Shown: positions 36,066-45,875 of the stretch, one piece after another
Numbering within the stretch: position 1 is the first letter of the stretch
Layout: each line of letters opens with the position of its first letter
Source of the DNA: an uncultured bacterium
GTDB lineage: Bacteria > Eisenbacteria > RBG-16-71-46 > CAZAMP01
Reading direction: 5' to 3'
Length of the DNA stretch: 64,000 nucleotides
Assembly (NCBI GenBank): GCA_964486455.1
Contig: CAZAMP010000018.1
Span: 14,971-78,970, forward strand
Program-made: the position numbers and the translations under genes
The notes under the pieces: generated by a model
The model's input: only the letters and a program-made list of their open reading frames with translations
Database searches by the model: none
Told to the model about the DNA's origin: nothing

Positions 36066-36365
36066 GTGACTTCGAACCTTGCTTGGCCCGCGCGGCGGTC
36101 GATGCCAGCCGCCAGGCCGTCATCCTCCGATCGTCCCCGACGGACCCTTCGGAGTTCCAGTGGACTATAGAGAAGTGAGCACGTGAGATAAAAGATTACG
36201 TTGCCGATTCAGTTAATACCTGAATCAGGAACTCAGGAACGTGTTTACCATCAGTACGTTGCCCAAGAGCGCCGTCTAATCTATAATTATACTTACAGTT
36301 CATGTGATGCTGGCACGCATACACCGCAGTTCCTCACATCCTGGATGTGTAGAAGGAGCCCACTC

Positions 36366-38396
36366 ATGCACAGGCTGGGTAGCCGTTTGCGACACGCGAG
36401 TCTGATGTGCTTTGCCCTATCGATCGCCTTCTCACTGCACGCTCACGCGGGGGAAATCGGAGACAGCTTCATCCCGGTGCTACAACAGGCGGGACCTGAC
36501 GAGTTCGTTTCGGGAATCGTCATGCTGAGCGAGCAGCTCGACCTTGACTGGATTGAGAACGAGATAGCGGCCCGCGAGTACACGAGCCGATGGCGCCGGC
36601 ATGGTTTCGTCATTCGACGGGCGCAATCCCTTGCCGCGCGCACGCAAGGTGATCTTCTCGTAGCGCTCGAGGGATACAAACGCCAGGGCAAGGTCGCCAA
36701 CTACAAGCCGTATTGGATAGCGAACCTCGTGGTGGTGGACGCCACACCTTCCGTCTTCTATGACCTCACGCTACGAGCCGACGTCGGGCTCATTCACTTC
36801 AACGCACCGATTGATCTGCGTATCGCGGAGACGGCGCTCGACGAGCCACTTCCTGCGACGGAGACCTACTACCCAGGTCAGTTCTGCATCAATGTCGGCC
36901 CCGCCTGGGATCTTGGCTACACAGGAAGCGGGACTCTCGTTTGCTCCTTCGACTCCGGAGCCGACGGCAGCCACGAGGCGCTGGCGGACACGTGGCGCGG
37001 CGCCGAGACCGGAGTCGAGTGGTGGGAAGCGTGGCGTGATCCCTACGGCGGAACCGAGTTCCCGTACGACACGCAGAATCACGGCACACACGTTCTGGGA
37101 ATCATGTGCGCAACGCCTCCGGGCGGAGATCCGATCGGCATTGCCTATGACACTAAGTGGATCGCGGCATGGATCGGCTACAACGTCGGCGAAATCATCG
37201 GATGCTATCAGTGGGCGGCCGACCCGGACAGCAACTCGACCACGATCGACGACGTTCCCGACGTCGTGAACAACTCCTGGGGCACGACGCTGGACTGCGA
37301 TGACACGTATTGGGCGGCCATCGACGTCATCGAGGCGGCCGGCATCGTCAATACCATCGCGGTCGACAACCGAGGGCCCGATTCCATGACCGTCAATTCC
37401 CCCGAGAGCCGCATCGACACACCGTACAAGAACTTCGGCGTCGGAAACGTCGATCCCAACCAGCTCGGCTATCCCATTCGTCCGAACAGCGGTCGCGGTC
37501 CGTCGCCGTGCGACAGCGTGACGATCAAACCTGAAGTGACGGCACCGGGGACGAGCATCTACAGCACGCTCCCCGGCGATGACTACGGAAGCAAAACGGG
37601 AACGTCGATGGCCTGCCCGCACGCGTCCGGCGCCGTCGCGATCTTGCGACAAGTCAATCCGGACCTGGGCGTCGACGAGATCAAGCAGTACCTCATGGAT
37701 ACCGCGAACGACAAGGGCGATCCCGGCGAGGACAACACGTACGGCTGGGGGATCATCGATGTCGGCGCCGCCGTTGCCGCCGTTCTTGCCGAAACCAGCC
37801 CGTTGCCCTACCCGATCAATCTCTCGGGCATGTTCGATGCGCCGAACGAGGTGGAACTGAGCTGGGAACTGCCCGCCGGCGGAAGCGGCTCGTGGGGCAG
37901 CATCCTGAAATTCAATATCTATCGCACGACGCCGGGGACTCCGTTTCCCGAATTCCCGATCGACACGACCGCCGCCGACACACTCGCGTATTCGGACATC
38001 GATCTTGGAGCCGGGCTCTACGACTATGTCGTGACCGCGGTGTACGCGGGCGGGGAGAGCAGCCCCAGCAACCTCGTCACTGTCGAGATCCCGGATCCGC
38101 TGGGTGTGACGGCAGTCGAGCGCGCCGCCACGTCCGCGCTTCTGACCAGCGCGCCCAATCCGTTCCAGCCGTTCACGACACTCAGATATCACTTGGCGGA
38201 GGGCTACCCCGCCCGGATCACGATCCACGACGCGGGTGGGCGCACGGTGCGCGAGCTGGACGTCCAAGGGGGCAATGGAGAGGTCGTCTGGGACGGACGC
38301 GACTCAGCGGAGCGAAAGTTGGCGAGCGGCGTCTACTTTGCCCGCCTCCGGCAGAATGGCGTAAGCGTTAGCCAGCGACTGATCTTGATCCGATAG
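36366..38396 (+). CDS. Secreted subtilisin-like S8 serine peptidase with C-terminal T9SS/FlgD-Ig-like sorting domain
   Basis: Start trimmed to MHRLGSRL (AGGAG upstream; the first 55 called codons lie in an AT-rich leader). Catalytic motifs DSGADGSHEA (Asp), HGTHVLG (His) and GTSMACPHASG (Ser). C-terminal NPFQPFTTLRYHL...GVYFARL domain. Confidence 0.8.
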   Translation: MHRLGSRLRHASLMCFALSIAFSLHAHAGEIGDSFIPVLQQAGPDEFVSGIVMLSEQLDLDWIENEIAAREYTSRWRRHGFVIRRAQSLAARTQGDLLVALEGYKRQGKVANYKPYWIANLVVVDATPSVFYDLTLRADVGLIHFNAPIDLRIAETALDEPLPATETYYPGQFCINVGPAWDLGYTGSGTLVCSFDSGADGSHEALADTWRGAETGVEWWEAWRDPYGGTEFPYDTQNHGTHVLGIMCATPPGGDPIGIAYDTKWIAAWIGYNVGEIIGCYQWAADPDSNSTTIDDVPDVVNNSWGTTLDCDDTYWAAIDVIEAAGIVNTIAVDNRGPDSMTVNSPESRIDTPYKNFGVGNVDPNQLGYPIRPNSGRGPSPCDSVTIKPEVTAPGTSIYSTLPGDDYGSKTGTSMACPHASGAVAILRQVNPDLGVDEIKQYLMDTANDKGDPGEDNTYGWGIIDVGAAVAAVLAETSPLPYPINLSGMFDAPNEVELSWELPAGGSGSWGSILKFNIYRTTPGTPFPEFPIDTTAADTLAYSDIDLGAGLYDYVVTAVYAGGESSPSNLVTVEIPDPLGVTAVERAATSALLTSAPNPFQPFTTLRYHLAEGYPARITIHDAGGRTVRELDVQGGNGEVVWDGRDSAERKLASGVYFARLRQNGVSVSQRLILIR

Positions 38397-38516
38397 GCGT
38401 CGCGCGAAAGATCTCCCAGAGATATCACGACACGATGACAAACGAAGGCCCGGAGCCGAGTGCCCCGGGCCTTCTACCGTGCGGTCTGCCTGGTCGCACG
38501 GTTTTCATTCTGTCGT

Positions 38517-39617
38517 CTAGTACGCGATCCCTTTAGCCGCTGCCTGCGCGCGGATCATCTTGAGCACCTGCGCGTCGAAGGAGTCGTCGGCTCCCGCGTC
38601 CGCCAGCTTGTCCGCGATGTACGCGTCGCGTTCCCGGCTCAGGTCAGCGATCTTCTCTTCGATCACGCCGCGCTTGGCTTCCTGCTCCTCGACATACTCG
38701 CGAATCTCATCCTCGCTCATCCCCTCGAGCTCATCGGGCAACATGTCCGGCTCGAGATCGCCCAGCGAGACGTCGCCCGCGCTCACGGCATCGATGAGGT
38801 CGCGATCGCTCATGCGACCGCTCGATGCCTTGTACGCCGCCCGCTCCGCGGCCATGGGCGCATCCAGCTTCGCCAGCTCCCCCATGCCGGCTGCGGCGTA
38901 CTCCCGCTCTTCCTCTTCGCCCCAGAACACGACCGTGTCGTGCAACTCATCGCTTAGCGCAGCGAGCTCGTCATCCATGGGCGTCGGGATCATTCGCATC
39001 CCGCCGGATTGCTCGACGGACGTGTACTCGCCTTCACCAAGGCGGGCGATCTCATCCCAGTATCCGGCCGTCTCAAACATGTCACCGCACTGAACCGCGT
39101 TGATCACGATGTTGTCGATTACGGCGTCCATGCAGACCGTCTCGTAGTCGAAGCCGTCGTCATAGTCGACGTGAGGCGGCGCATCTCCGACGAGAAAGAC
39201 GATCTTGAGCGTCTCGATATCGTCACTCCAGGAGATCTCATGCACCGCGTCGTGGAGCGCCTTGTTGACGTGCTCGGGGGTATCGCCGCCGCCGTCCGCG
39301 TTGAACGACATGAGCTCTCTGTACACGGCATCGAGATCGCCGTTGAGATCGGTGACGCGCGTCACGTAGTCGTCGCCGTGATCACGATAGGCGACGAGTC
39401 CGACCTCGATCTCTGGGGTAGGTGTCCCCTTGATGATCTGGTTTGCGATCCACCAGATCTTCTGCTTCGCGCCCTCGATGAGTCCCGACATGCTCCCGGT
39501 CGTGTCGAGGACGAACACCACTTCCACCTTGGGCGTTGTGATGATCTCAGGATTTGCGTGTGCCGCGCCGGCCACGAGCATGATGGCGAGCGACGCGATG
39601 GTGATTAGCTTTCTCAT
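38517..39617 (-). CDS. Secreted von Willebrand factor A (VWA) domain protein
   Basis: Signal peptide, MIDAS motif VFVLDTTGSMSG, and an acidic coiled-coil C-terminus. Confidence 0.7.
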   Translation of the reverse strand: MRKLITIASLAIMLVAGAAHANPEIITTPKVEVVFVLDTTGSMSGLIEGAKQKIWWIANQIIKGTPTPEIEVGLVAYRDHGDDYVTRVTDLNGDLDAVYRELMSFNADGGGDTPEHVNKALHDAVHEISWSDDIETLKIVFLVGDAPPHVDYDDGFDYETVCMDAVIDNIVINAVQCGDMFETAGYWDEIARLGEGEYTSVEQSGGMRMIPTPMDDELAALSDELHDTVVFWGEEEEREYAAAGMGELAKLDAPMAAERAAYKASSGRMSDRDLIDAVSAGDVSLGDLEPDMLPDELEGMSEDEIREYVEEQEAKRGVIEEKIADLSRERDAYIADKLADAGADDSFDAQVLKMIRAQAAAKGIAY

Positions 39618-39627
39618 GGCACTTCTC

Positions 39628-41754
39628 CTAGGTTGCTATCCGATACGTGCTGCCATCGAACACGAAGGTGATGTTCGATCCGAGTGACAGGAACTTGCCG
39701 ATTTCGGGGTGTTTCTTCATGAGGTCGAAGTACTCACGACTCAGGAACTCGATCTCTGTGACGCGCGAGTCCGCGTCGAATTCGGAGTCGGTCCATTCGT
39801 CGGGCCCTCCGAAGAACGTTTTGCCGCCGACGTGCCGCACCTGTTCCTCGCCCTGGACGGGAAGGACCTCGCGCTTCTTCGCTTCGCTCAGCTCATCGCT
39901 CATAGCGACAGAGCCCCGCCCACCGCGCGAGAAGAGGGCGTCGCCTACGTGGCCCCACGTGCTTCCCGCCTCGGGGCGAAGATCCATCTCTCGAGCCAGC
40001 TCGGGTTCCTCCTCGACGATCAGATAGGACGTGTACGGGGTGATGATCCCGTACTCCTTCGATAGCTTGACCACCTCGTCCACGAGCTCCTCATTCTCAC
40101 CGTGGAGCCGGATCTCGCTGACCAGATAGGCGATCTTTCGAGACGCCCAGAGTCGCGGGATGAAGTCGTTGTCGCTGTTGCGATCCGCGAAGCGAGCGTC
40201 ATAGACGAACGTCTTCTCGCTACCGCGCACGTCCCCCGACAGTCGAACGGCCGTAGACCCGCCGTCCGAGTATCGACCGAAGAGCACGAGCTGCGATCCG
40301 TTGAAGATGTCCGGAAGTTCGACGGGGAAGATGTCGCTCACGTCGACGCGCCCGAAGTCGAGCGCGATATCCGAGAGGACCGGCTCGCTCACCTTCGAAT
40401 AGAAGCTCGCGACCTTGGTCTCGATGTTCTCTTCCGGCTTGACGTACGCCACCGTCCCGCGGTTTTCGGCGGAGAGACGATCGAGTAGATGGGTGTTCAC
40501 GTCGTAACCGACCCCGAACGTGAAGATGCGCAGCCGGTCGTCATTGGAATCACGCACGTTCTCGAGGATCGTCCCCACGTCGGTCTCCCCCACCGTCGGC
40601 TCGCCATCGGTGAGGAAGATCACCATCTGCGGATTGTCCGATCGCGCGCTACCCAGCGCGGTGCGAAGCGCCTTGTCGATCGCGGTTCCCCCGCGTGCGC
40701 GGATCTTGGAAACGAACCGGCGCGCCCGCGCGACGTTGTCGTCCGATGCGCGCACCAAGCCGTCATCGAAGCCGTTCACGGCCGTAGCGAAGGTGATGAT
40801 ATTGAACCGATCACCGGCGTTCAGACGCTCGAGACAGAACTCGAGGGCACCCTTCGCCTGATCGATTTTCTCTCCGACCATCGATCCGGAAACGTCGATC
40901 ACGAATACGACGTCCTTCTCGATGACGACACGATCGTCCATCAGCTCGCCTGGCGCGAGGAGCAGCGCGAAGAAGCCGTCGTCCCCCCGGAGCTTGTGCG
41001 TGAGCAGGTTCAGTCCCATGTCCTTCTCTGAAACCGTGTAATAGAGAAGGAAGTCGCGGTCGGGTTTCACGTCTTTCTCTTCGTAACCGACGGTCGCGCG
41101 CCGCTCCTCGACATCGATGTCCGTGTCGTGGCTCGGGCAGTAGACGCTCTTGATCGGAACGTCGCTGCGAATGTCGACGGCAACGGTGACCTCGTCGAGG
41201 TTCGTCGCCGAGAACTTCTCGGTGTTGAGTGGATAGCGATAGCCGACGAGCCCCGCATCGTAGCGAAGGAGCTCCTCGTACTCGAGCTGGATCCGCGTTT
41301 CGCCGTGACGCGGAATCGGATAGACCCGTGCGCGAAACATGTCTCGTCCGACATATTCGAGAAGCGCGGGATCCTTCATGCGCCTGACGATGTCCTCGTA
41401 GATCTGCCGCGCTTCGTCGGCGGCGAGCAGTTCCGCCGTCACCTTCTTTCCGTTCATCCACATGGCGAAGTCGATGATCGACGCGCTCTCGGGGATCGGG
41501 AAAATGTAGGTCCCCTCGATGTCCCGGTCGTTGTTGTTGACGAAGACCTGGTCGATCTTGGTCGTGGCCGTCTGTGCTTCGATCGACACGTTCACTCGGT
41601 GATACTCGATCGAGAACGGGTCGGGGTTCGGCAGATCACCCGGGATGGGCCGGGGAATCAGAATCCCGTCCGCCTGCGCCGACGCGGCGGCGAGAAGCGC
41701 GATTCCGGCCAAGATGGCGGGCCACCTGACTGTTTTCGTATGACGTGGGTGCAT
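39628..41754 (-). CDS. VIT (vault/inter-alpha-trypsin) plus VWA domain protein, secreted
   Basis: Start trimmed to MHPRHTKTVRW (AAAGGAGGGA RBS upstream), followed by a signal peptide. VIT-like N-domain and VWA MIDAS VVFVIDVSGSMVG. Confidence 0.7.
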   Translation of the reverse strand: MHPRHTKTVRWPAILAGIALLAAASAQADGILIPRPIPGDLPNPDPFSIEYHRVNVSIEAQTATTKIDQVFVNNNDRDIEGTYIFPIPESASIIDFAMWMNGKKVTAELLAADEARQIYEDIVRRMKDPALLEYVGRDMFRARVYPIPRHGETRIQLEYEELLRYDAGLVGYRYPLNTEKFSATNLDEVTVAVDIRSDVPIKSVYCPSHDTDIDVEERRATVGYEEKDVKPDRDFLLYYTVSEKDMGLNLLTHKLRGDDGFFALLLAPGELMDDRVVIEKDVVFVIDVSGSMVGEKIDQAKGALEFCLERLNAGDRFNIITFATAVNGFDDGLVRASDDNVARARRFVSKIRARGGTAIDKALRTALGSARSDNPQMVIFLTDGEPTVGETDVGTILENVRDSNDDRLRIFTFGVGYDVNTHLLDRLSAENRGTVAYVKPEENIETKVASFYSKVSEPVLSDIALDFGRVDVSDIFPVELPDIFNGSQLVLFGRYSDGGSTAVRLSGDVRGSEKTFVYDARFADRNSDNDFIPRLWASRKIAYLVSEIRLHGENEELVDEVVKLSKEYGIITPYTSYLIVEEEPELAREMDLRPEAGSTWGHVGDALFSRGGRGSVAMSDELSEAKKREVLPVQGEEQVRHVGGKTFFGGPDEWTDSEFDADSRVTEIEFLSREYFDLMKKHPEIGKFLSLGSNITFVFDGSTYRIAT

Positions 41755-41998
41755 GGTGCGTCCCTCCTTTGCCCTCTCATGATCGTGAGGCCATCCGACA
41801 GACGTCTGATGCGCCCTCACGCCAATGGAGTCGCGAAAGAGGGGGGAATCGTTTACAGAGGACAGAACTAACTGCGGGACAAAAGGATAGGCCTCCTGAT
41901 CGGGAGGCCTATCGCTCATGATCGGCGCGGTCGTGGCCGCTGTTTGTGACGGATCCCGCCAGGCCGAAGCGCCGAAGATACGTTCGTCGAATCCGGGG

Positions 41999-43153
41999 CT
42001 AGTTCGTGAAGTGCGCCTTCACTTGCCCCCACGTCGACTTTTCGACCGGGGAGGTTCCACACCCCTCTTGCCACGCGCCCCGATAGCCGCAGTCGTCCGT
42101 CGGTATGCACGGAGAGTCACTCTGAATCGTCCAGTTGCGGTCCGTGTCGGGATCGGACGCGCAGAATTCCGGATCCACACTGAGGTTCCACATCTGCCCG
42201 TCCTGCCCCGCGAGGCAGTCGACCCAATCACCGCCCGTGTTGCCGAAGACGACGCAGCACACGAGGTTCGCCTCCGAGAGCCCACCACACTGAACCGGCG
42301 TGGAAATGTCGTTGAACGCGATGATCGAGTGGTTCATCGTGATCGATGAGGCCGAATCCATGAAGATGGCGGCACCCTGCGGGGCGGTATTCCCCGTCAT
42401 GGTCACGGTAGCCATGAAGGACGTCGAACTCTGGTCGAGGTACATGCCGCCACCCCCGGCGCTCGCCGCGTTGCCGGAGAACGTGCAGAACGTGACATGG
42501 GGTGATGAGAATGAGTGCGCGTAGAGTCCTGCTCCCTCCACGGCGGTGTTCCCCAGGAAACGGCAGCCGGAGATGACCGGCATCGGCCCCGAGACAATGA
42601 AGAGCCCGCCCCCATTCCCATCGGATGTACTTCCCTCAAAGACACATTCGTTGAACATCGGCGACGAGTTGGCCACGTAGGCGCCCCCGCCAGCGACGGT
42701 CGCCTCCCCGTTCAAGAAGACACAATTGAGGAACGTTGGGTCTGAATCTTCCACACAGGAGACGGCTGCGCCGTTCTCCGCATAGCCGTTGACGATGGTG
42801 ATGCCCGAAACCATGGCGACCGCTGTCTCTTGACTGTAGAAAAGGAAACCCCGATGGGGGTCTCCCATGCTGCCCTCACAGTCAATGATACAGGTCTCGG
42901 GAGTGCCGTTGAGTGACATGACGATGACGTCCTTGCCGCCGAAATCCAGGTCACGATTGCCGGCACCGGTGTAGGTCCCGTCCTCGAGTTGTATGAAGTC
43001 ACCGGGATTGGCCGCGTCGATGGCGGCCTGGATCGTCGGATAGTCGCCGGATCCGTCCGCGGCCACTCGGATGAGCGCGCCGTAGGCCGTGACCGGAATC
43101 GTCACTAGAGAGAGAAAGGCCGCCGCCAGCACCATCACCGTCAGTCGTCTCAT
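41999..43153 (-). CDS. Secreted right-handed parallel beta-helix repeat protein (tandem paralog 1)
   Basis: Start trimmed to MRRLTVMVLAAAFLSL (AAGGAG upstream) with a signal peptide. Gly/Asn/Ser-rich beta-helix rungs. Cys-rich C-terminal module GDWVDCLAGQDGQMWNLSVDPEFCASDPD...SPCIPTDDC. Confidence 0.6.
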   Translation of the reverse strand: MRRLTVMVLAAAFLSLVTIPVTAYGALIRVAADGSGDYPTIQAAIDAANPGDFIQLEDGTYTGAGNRDLDFGGKDVIVMSLNGTPETCIIDCEGSMGDPHRGFLFYSQETAVAMVSGITIVNGYAENGAAVSCVEDSDPTFLNCVFLNGEATVAGGGAYVANSSPMFNECVFEGSTSDGNGGGLFIVSGPMPVISGCRFLGNTAVEGAGLYAHSFSSPHVTFCTFSGNAASAGGGGMYLDQSSTSFMATVTMTGNTAPQGAAIFMDSASSITMNHSIIAFNDISTPVQCGGLSEANLVCCVVFGNTGGDWVDCLAGQDGQMWNLSVDPEFCASDPDTDRNWTIQSDSPCIPTDDCGYRGAWQEGCGTSPVEKSTWGQVKAHFTN

Positions 43154-43448
43154 GTCATGTCTCCTTGTCGGGATCACCGAATCGCGATCGTCCGAGCGTT
43201 TGAATGCGACGTTCGAGCTCGCCGTTCGAGTGGACGTGTGTGACGCACGCCCGGCCATTTCCGAGCGGGTCAGTCGTACAGTTCCCCACCAAAAGGCGTT
43301 ACCATTTCATGATCGAACAATCAGATTAACATGACGTCGACGTTCAGACGAGCCGAAATGCTTTCCCCGCAATCCTCTGCGGAATCCTCAAGTCGAGCTT
43401 CGGTTACCGAACCTACGGATGGTGGCCGATGTGTGTCGTGGCCCGGGA

Positions 43449-44636
43449 CTAGTGGTCGACTGAAGGCTCTATACGGTAGGCGGCCTTGATTCTTCCCCAC
43501 GTCGAGTCTTCGACCGGGGACGTTCCACACCCTTCCTGCCACGCGCCGCGATAGTCGCAATCGTCGGTCGGCATGCAGGGTGAGTCGATCTGAATCGTCC
43601 AGTTGCGGTCCGCGTCCGGATCGGACGAGCAGAACTCCGGATCCACGTTGAGGTTCCACAACTGTCCGTCCTGCCCCGCGAGGCAATCGACCCAATCCCC
43701 ACCCGCATTGCCGTAGACGACGCAGCAGCCGAGCGTCGCTTGCGAGAGCAGCCCGCACGCGACCGCGGCACCATCGGCATTGAACGCGACGATCGAGTCG
43801 TTCATGACGAGAGACGCGTGCGATCCAACGGAAACCGCAGCGCCCGTCGAAGCGGCATTGCCCGTGAGCGTCGTCAGCACGATGAAGAAGAGCGAGTCGT
43901 CGTCGACAAAGATACCGCCGCCCTCCGTGCCCGCCGCGTTGCCGGAGAACGTGCAATACATGATGTGGGGCGCCGAAGAGCCGTGTCCATGGATCCCTCC
44001 TCCGGCGTCGGCCGCGCTGTTTCCGATGAAGCGGCAGCCGAAAAGCACCGGGGAAGGGCCGGCCGCGATAGCGAGCCCTCCGCCGCTCGCTTCCGAGCTG
44101 TTCCCCTCGAAGACACAGTTGGTGAACGTCGGCGACGAGTCGGCAACAAATGCGCCCCCACCGGCGGTGGTCGCAACGCATTCCAGGAAGACGCAGCTGA
44201 GGAACGTCGGGGACGATCCTTCCATGCAGACGACGGCGGCACCGGTGTCCGCATAGCCGTTGAGTACGGTAATCCCCTCGACCCTGGCCTCATCCGTCTC
44301 GCCGTTTTCGAATATGAAGCCGCGATGCGGATCCCCGGCGCTACCCTCGCAATCGATGACGCAGGCCTCTGGACTGCTGTCGAACCCTATGACCACGATG
44401 TCTTTGCCGCCGAACGTCAGATCTCGATTGCCCGCGCCTCTGTACGTTCCTGCCTCGAGCTGTATGAAATCGCCGGGCTTGGCAACGTCGATGGCTTCCT
44501 GGATCGTCGGATAGTCGCCTGACTCGTCCGCGGCAACGCGGAGGAGGGCCGCGTCCGACGTGAGCGGCAACGCTACTATCGAAGGAAGGACCGACGTCAG
44601 GGCCACAATCAGTCGCCTCATAAGCCATCCTCTCAA
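43449..44636 (-). CDS. Secreted right-handed parallel beta-helix repeat protein (tandem paralog 2)
   Basis: Collinear with 41999..43153, including the same C-terminal Cys-rich module (GDWVDCLAGQDGQLWNLNVDPEFCSSDPD...). Confidence 0.6.
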   Translation of the reverse strand: MRGWLMRRLIVALTSVLPSIVALPLTSDAALLRVAADESGDYPTIQEAIDVAKPGDFIQLEAGTYRGAGNRDLTFGGKDIVVIGFDSSPEACVIDCEGSAGDPHRGFIFENGETDEARVEGITVLNGYADTGAAVVCMEGSSPTFLSCVFLECVATTAGGGAFVADSSPTFTNCVFEGNSSEASGGGLAIAAGPSPVLFGCRFIGNSAADAGGGIHGHGSSAPHIMYCTFSGNAAGTEGGGIFVDDDSLFFIVLTTLTGNAASTGAAVSVGSHASLVMNDSIVAFNADGAAVACGLLSQATLGCCVVYGNAGGDWVDCLAGQDGQLWNLNVDPEFCSSDPDADRNWTIQIDSPCMPTDDCDYRGAWQEGCGTSPVEDSTWGRIKAAYRIEPSVDH

Positions 44637-44760
44637 GCAGGTGATGACCGAGCGGAGAGGATATCACGTATCGATCGCGGCAATGCGCAAAGACCTTCCG
44701 GCATCGATCTATGCAACCATGGGTTATACTTACCCTTCCATCTGACGGAAGGAGACCGCC

Positions 44761-45438
44761 ATGGCGCCCATGAAGGTTTTCGTCCAACCCGCGCTGGCGC
44801 TTCTGATCGCAACGACGCTCGCCACCGGAATCGCGGATGCGCAGCCCGTCGATGCCGAGGTGACACTGAACCTCTTCACGAACGGCTGGTATGGAGCAAG
44901 TTGCCAGGGTTTCGAGGAGAACCACTACACGCGCTGCGATGACGTGGAGAACCATCCCGTGCCGCCCGAAGCCAACATGATGTTCTTGTGGGTGATCGTC
45001 AGCCGCGAAGGTGGGTTTCCGAACGGAATAGGAGGCCTGCAGTTCGGGATCGAGTACGACGGTCCTGCAACCATGCACTGGAACCTTTGCACAAGCGGTG
45101 CCGAAATCCCCCAGGGCGGCTGGCCCGAAAGTGGCGCGGGAAACGCCGTGACTTGGGAGGGGGGGTGCCACAACCCACCGGGCGAGAACGCCCGCGTGGG
45201 CCACTTCATTCTCTACGGCGAGCTCACTGGCACGTTTCGGCTTACCGCCGACCCGCGGGTCGGCCAAGCGGTGTGGGCCGACTGCACTCCCAACTCCTAC
45301 GAGATCTGCCCAGGCAATCTCGCCGTGATAGACATCGAAGAACACGCGTTCCCGCTGTGCGGCGACAACTGCGGAGCCACTCCGATTCGTGTACGATCCT
45401 GGAGCCGAATCAAGAGCCACTACAGATCCGGAACGTAA
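44761..45438 (+). CDS. Secreted Cys-rich hypothetical protein
   Basis: Signal peptide (VFVQPALALLIATTLATGIADA) and 10 Cys. No family assigned. Confidence 0.4.
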   Translation: MAPMKVFVQPALALLIATTLATGIADAQPVDAEVTLNLFTNGWYGASCQGFEENHYTRCDDVENHPVPPEANMMFLWVIVSREGGFPNGIGGLQFGIEYDGPATMHWNLCTSGAEIPQGGWPESGAGNAVTWEGGCHNPPGENARVGHFILYGELTGTFRLTADPRVGQAVWADCTPNSYEICPGNLAVIDIEEHAFPLCGDNCGATPIRVRSWSRIKSHYRSGT

Positions 45439-45475
45439 TAGAGATCTTGGCGAGTCGAACACAATGGAGGAAACG

Positions 45476-45685
45476 ATGCGGTACGGCGCGCGGAACAAGC
45501 TCACGGCCAAGGTGAAGTCGATCAAGAAGGGCCAGGTGATGGGTCTCGTAAAGTTCGACGTGACGACACCCTCCGAGATGGCCTCCGTTCTCACCGTGGA
45601 ATCGATCGAGCACCTCGACCTCAAAGAAGGCGACGAGATCCAGCTGGTGATCAAGGCAATCCATGTTCTGCCCGTGAGGGACTAG
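45476..45685 (+). CDS. TOBE-domain (Mop-like molybdate/oxyanion-binding) small protein
   Basis: MRYGARNKLTAKVKSIKKGQVMGLVKFDV matches the Mop/TOBE N-terminus. A GGAGG lies 5 nt upstream of the ATG at 45476. Confidence 0.6.
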   Translation: MRYGARNKLTAKVKSIKKGQVMGLVKFDVTTPSEMASVLTVESIEHLDLKEGDEIQLVIKAIHVLPVRD

Positions 45686-45875
45686 CCGAACAAGGACGGA
45701 ACGGACCGGCCACGCCCCGATCACGGGGCTTCAGGCCCAGATCGTCATGGCGCATACCGCCCCCCTCGGATTACTATTTGCCGATCTGACTAGCTCTCTC
45801 ATACGGGTCGGTCCGGTAGCGCCGGCCGCGACGCACGCCCGGGCGGCCCCTTCGACATCACGGAAGGAGTCGTTC

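Noticed and set aside
36201-36365. Called start of the S8 peptidase ORF (MPIQLIPESG...)
   Set aside because: The first 55 codons lie in an AT-rich leader carrying repeat motifs. The signal peptide begins at the ATG at 36366, which has an AGGAG RBS.
36771-38267. 498-aa minus-strand ORF
   Set aside because: Antisense to the S8 peptidase gene (clear Asp/His/Ser triad). Shadow ORF.
44341-45654. 437-aa minus-strand ORF spanning the secreted Cys-rich gene and the TOBE gene
   Set aside because: It has no motifs and overlaps two + strand genes that have signal-peptide/RBS support. Arg-rich shadow frame.
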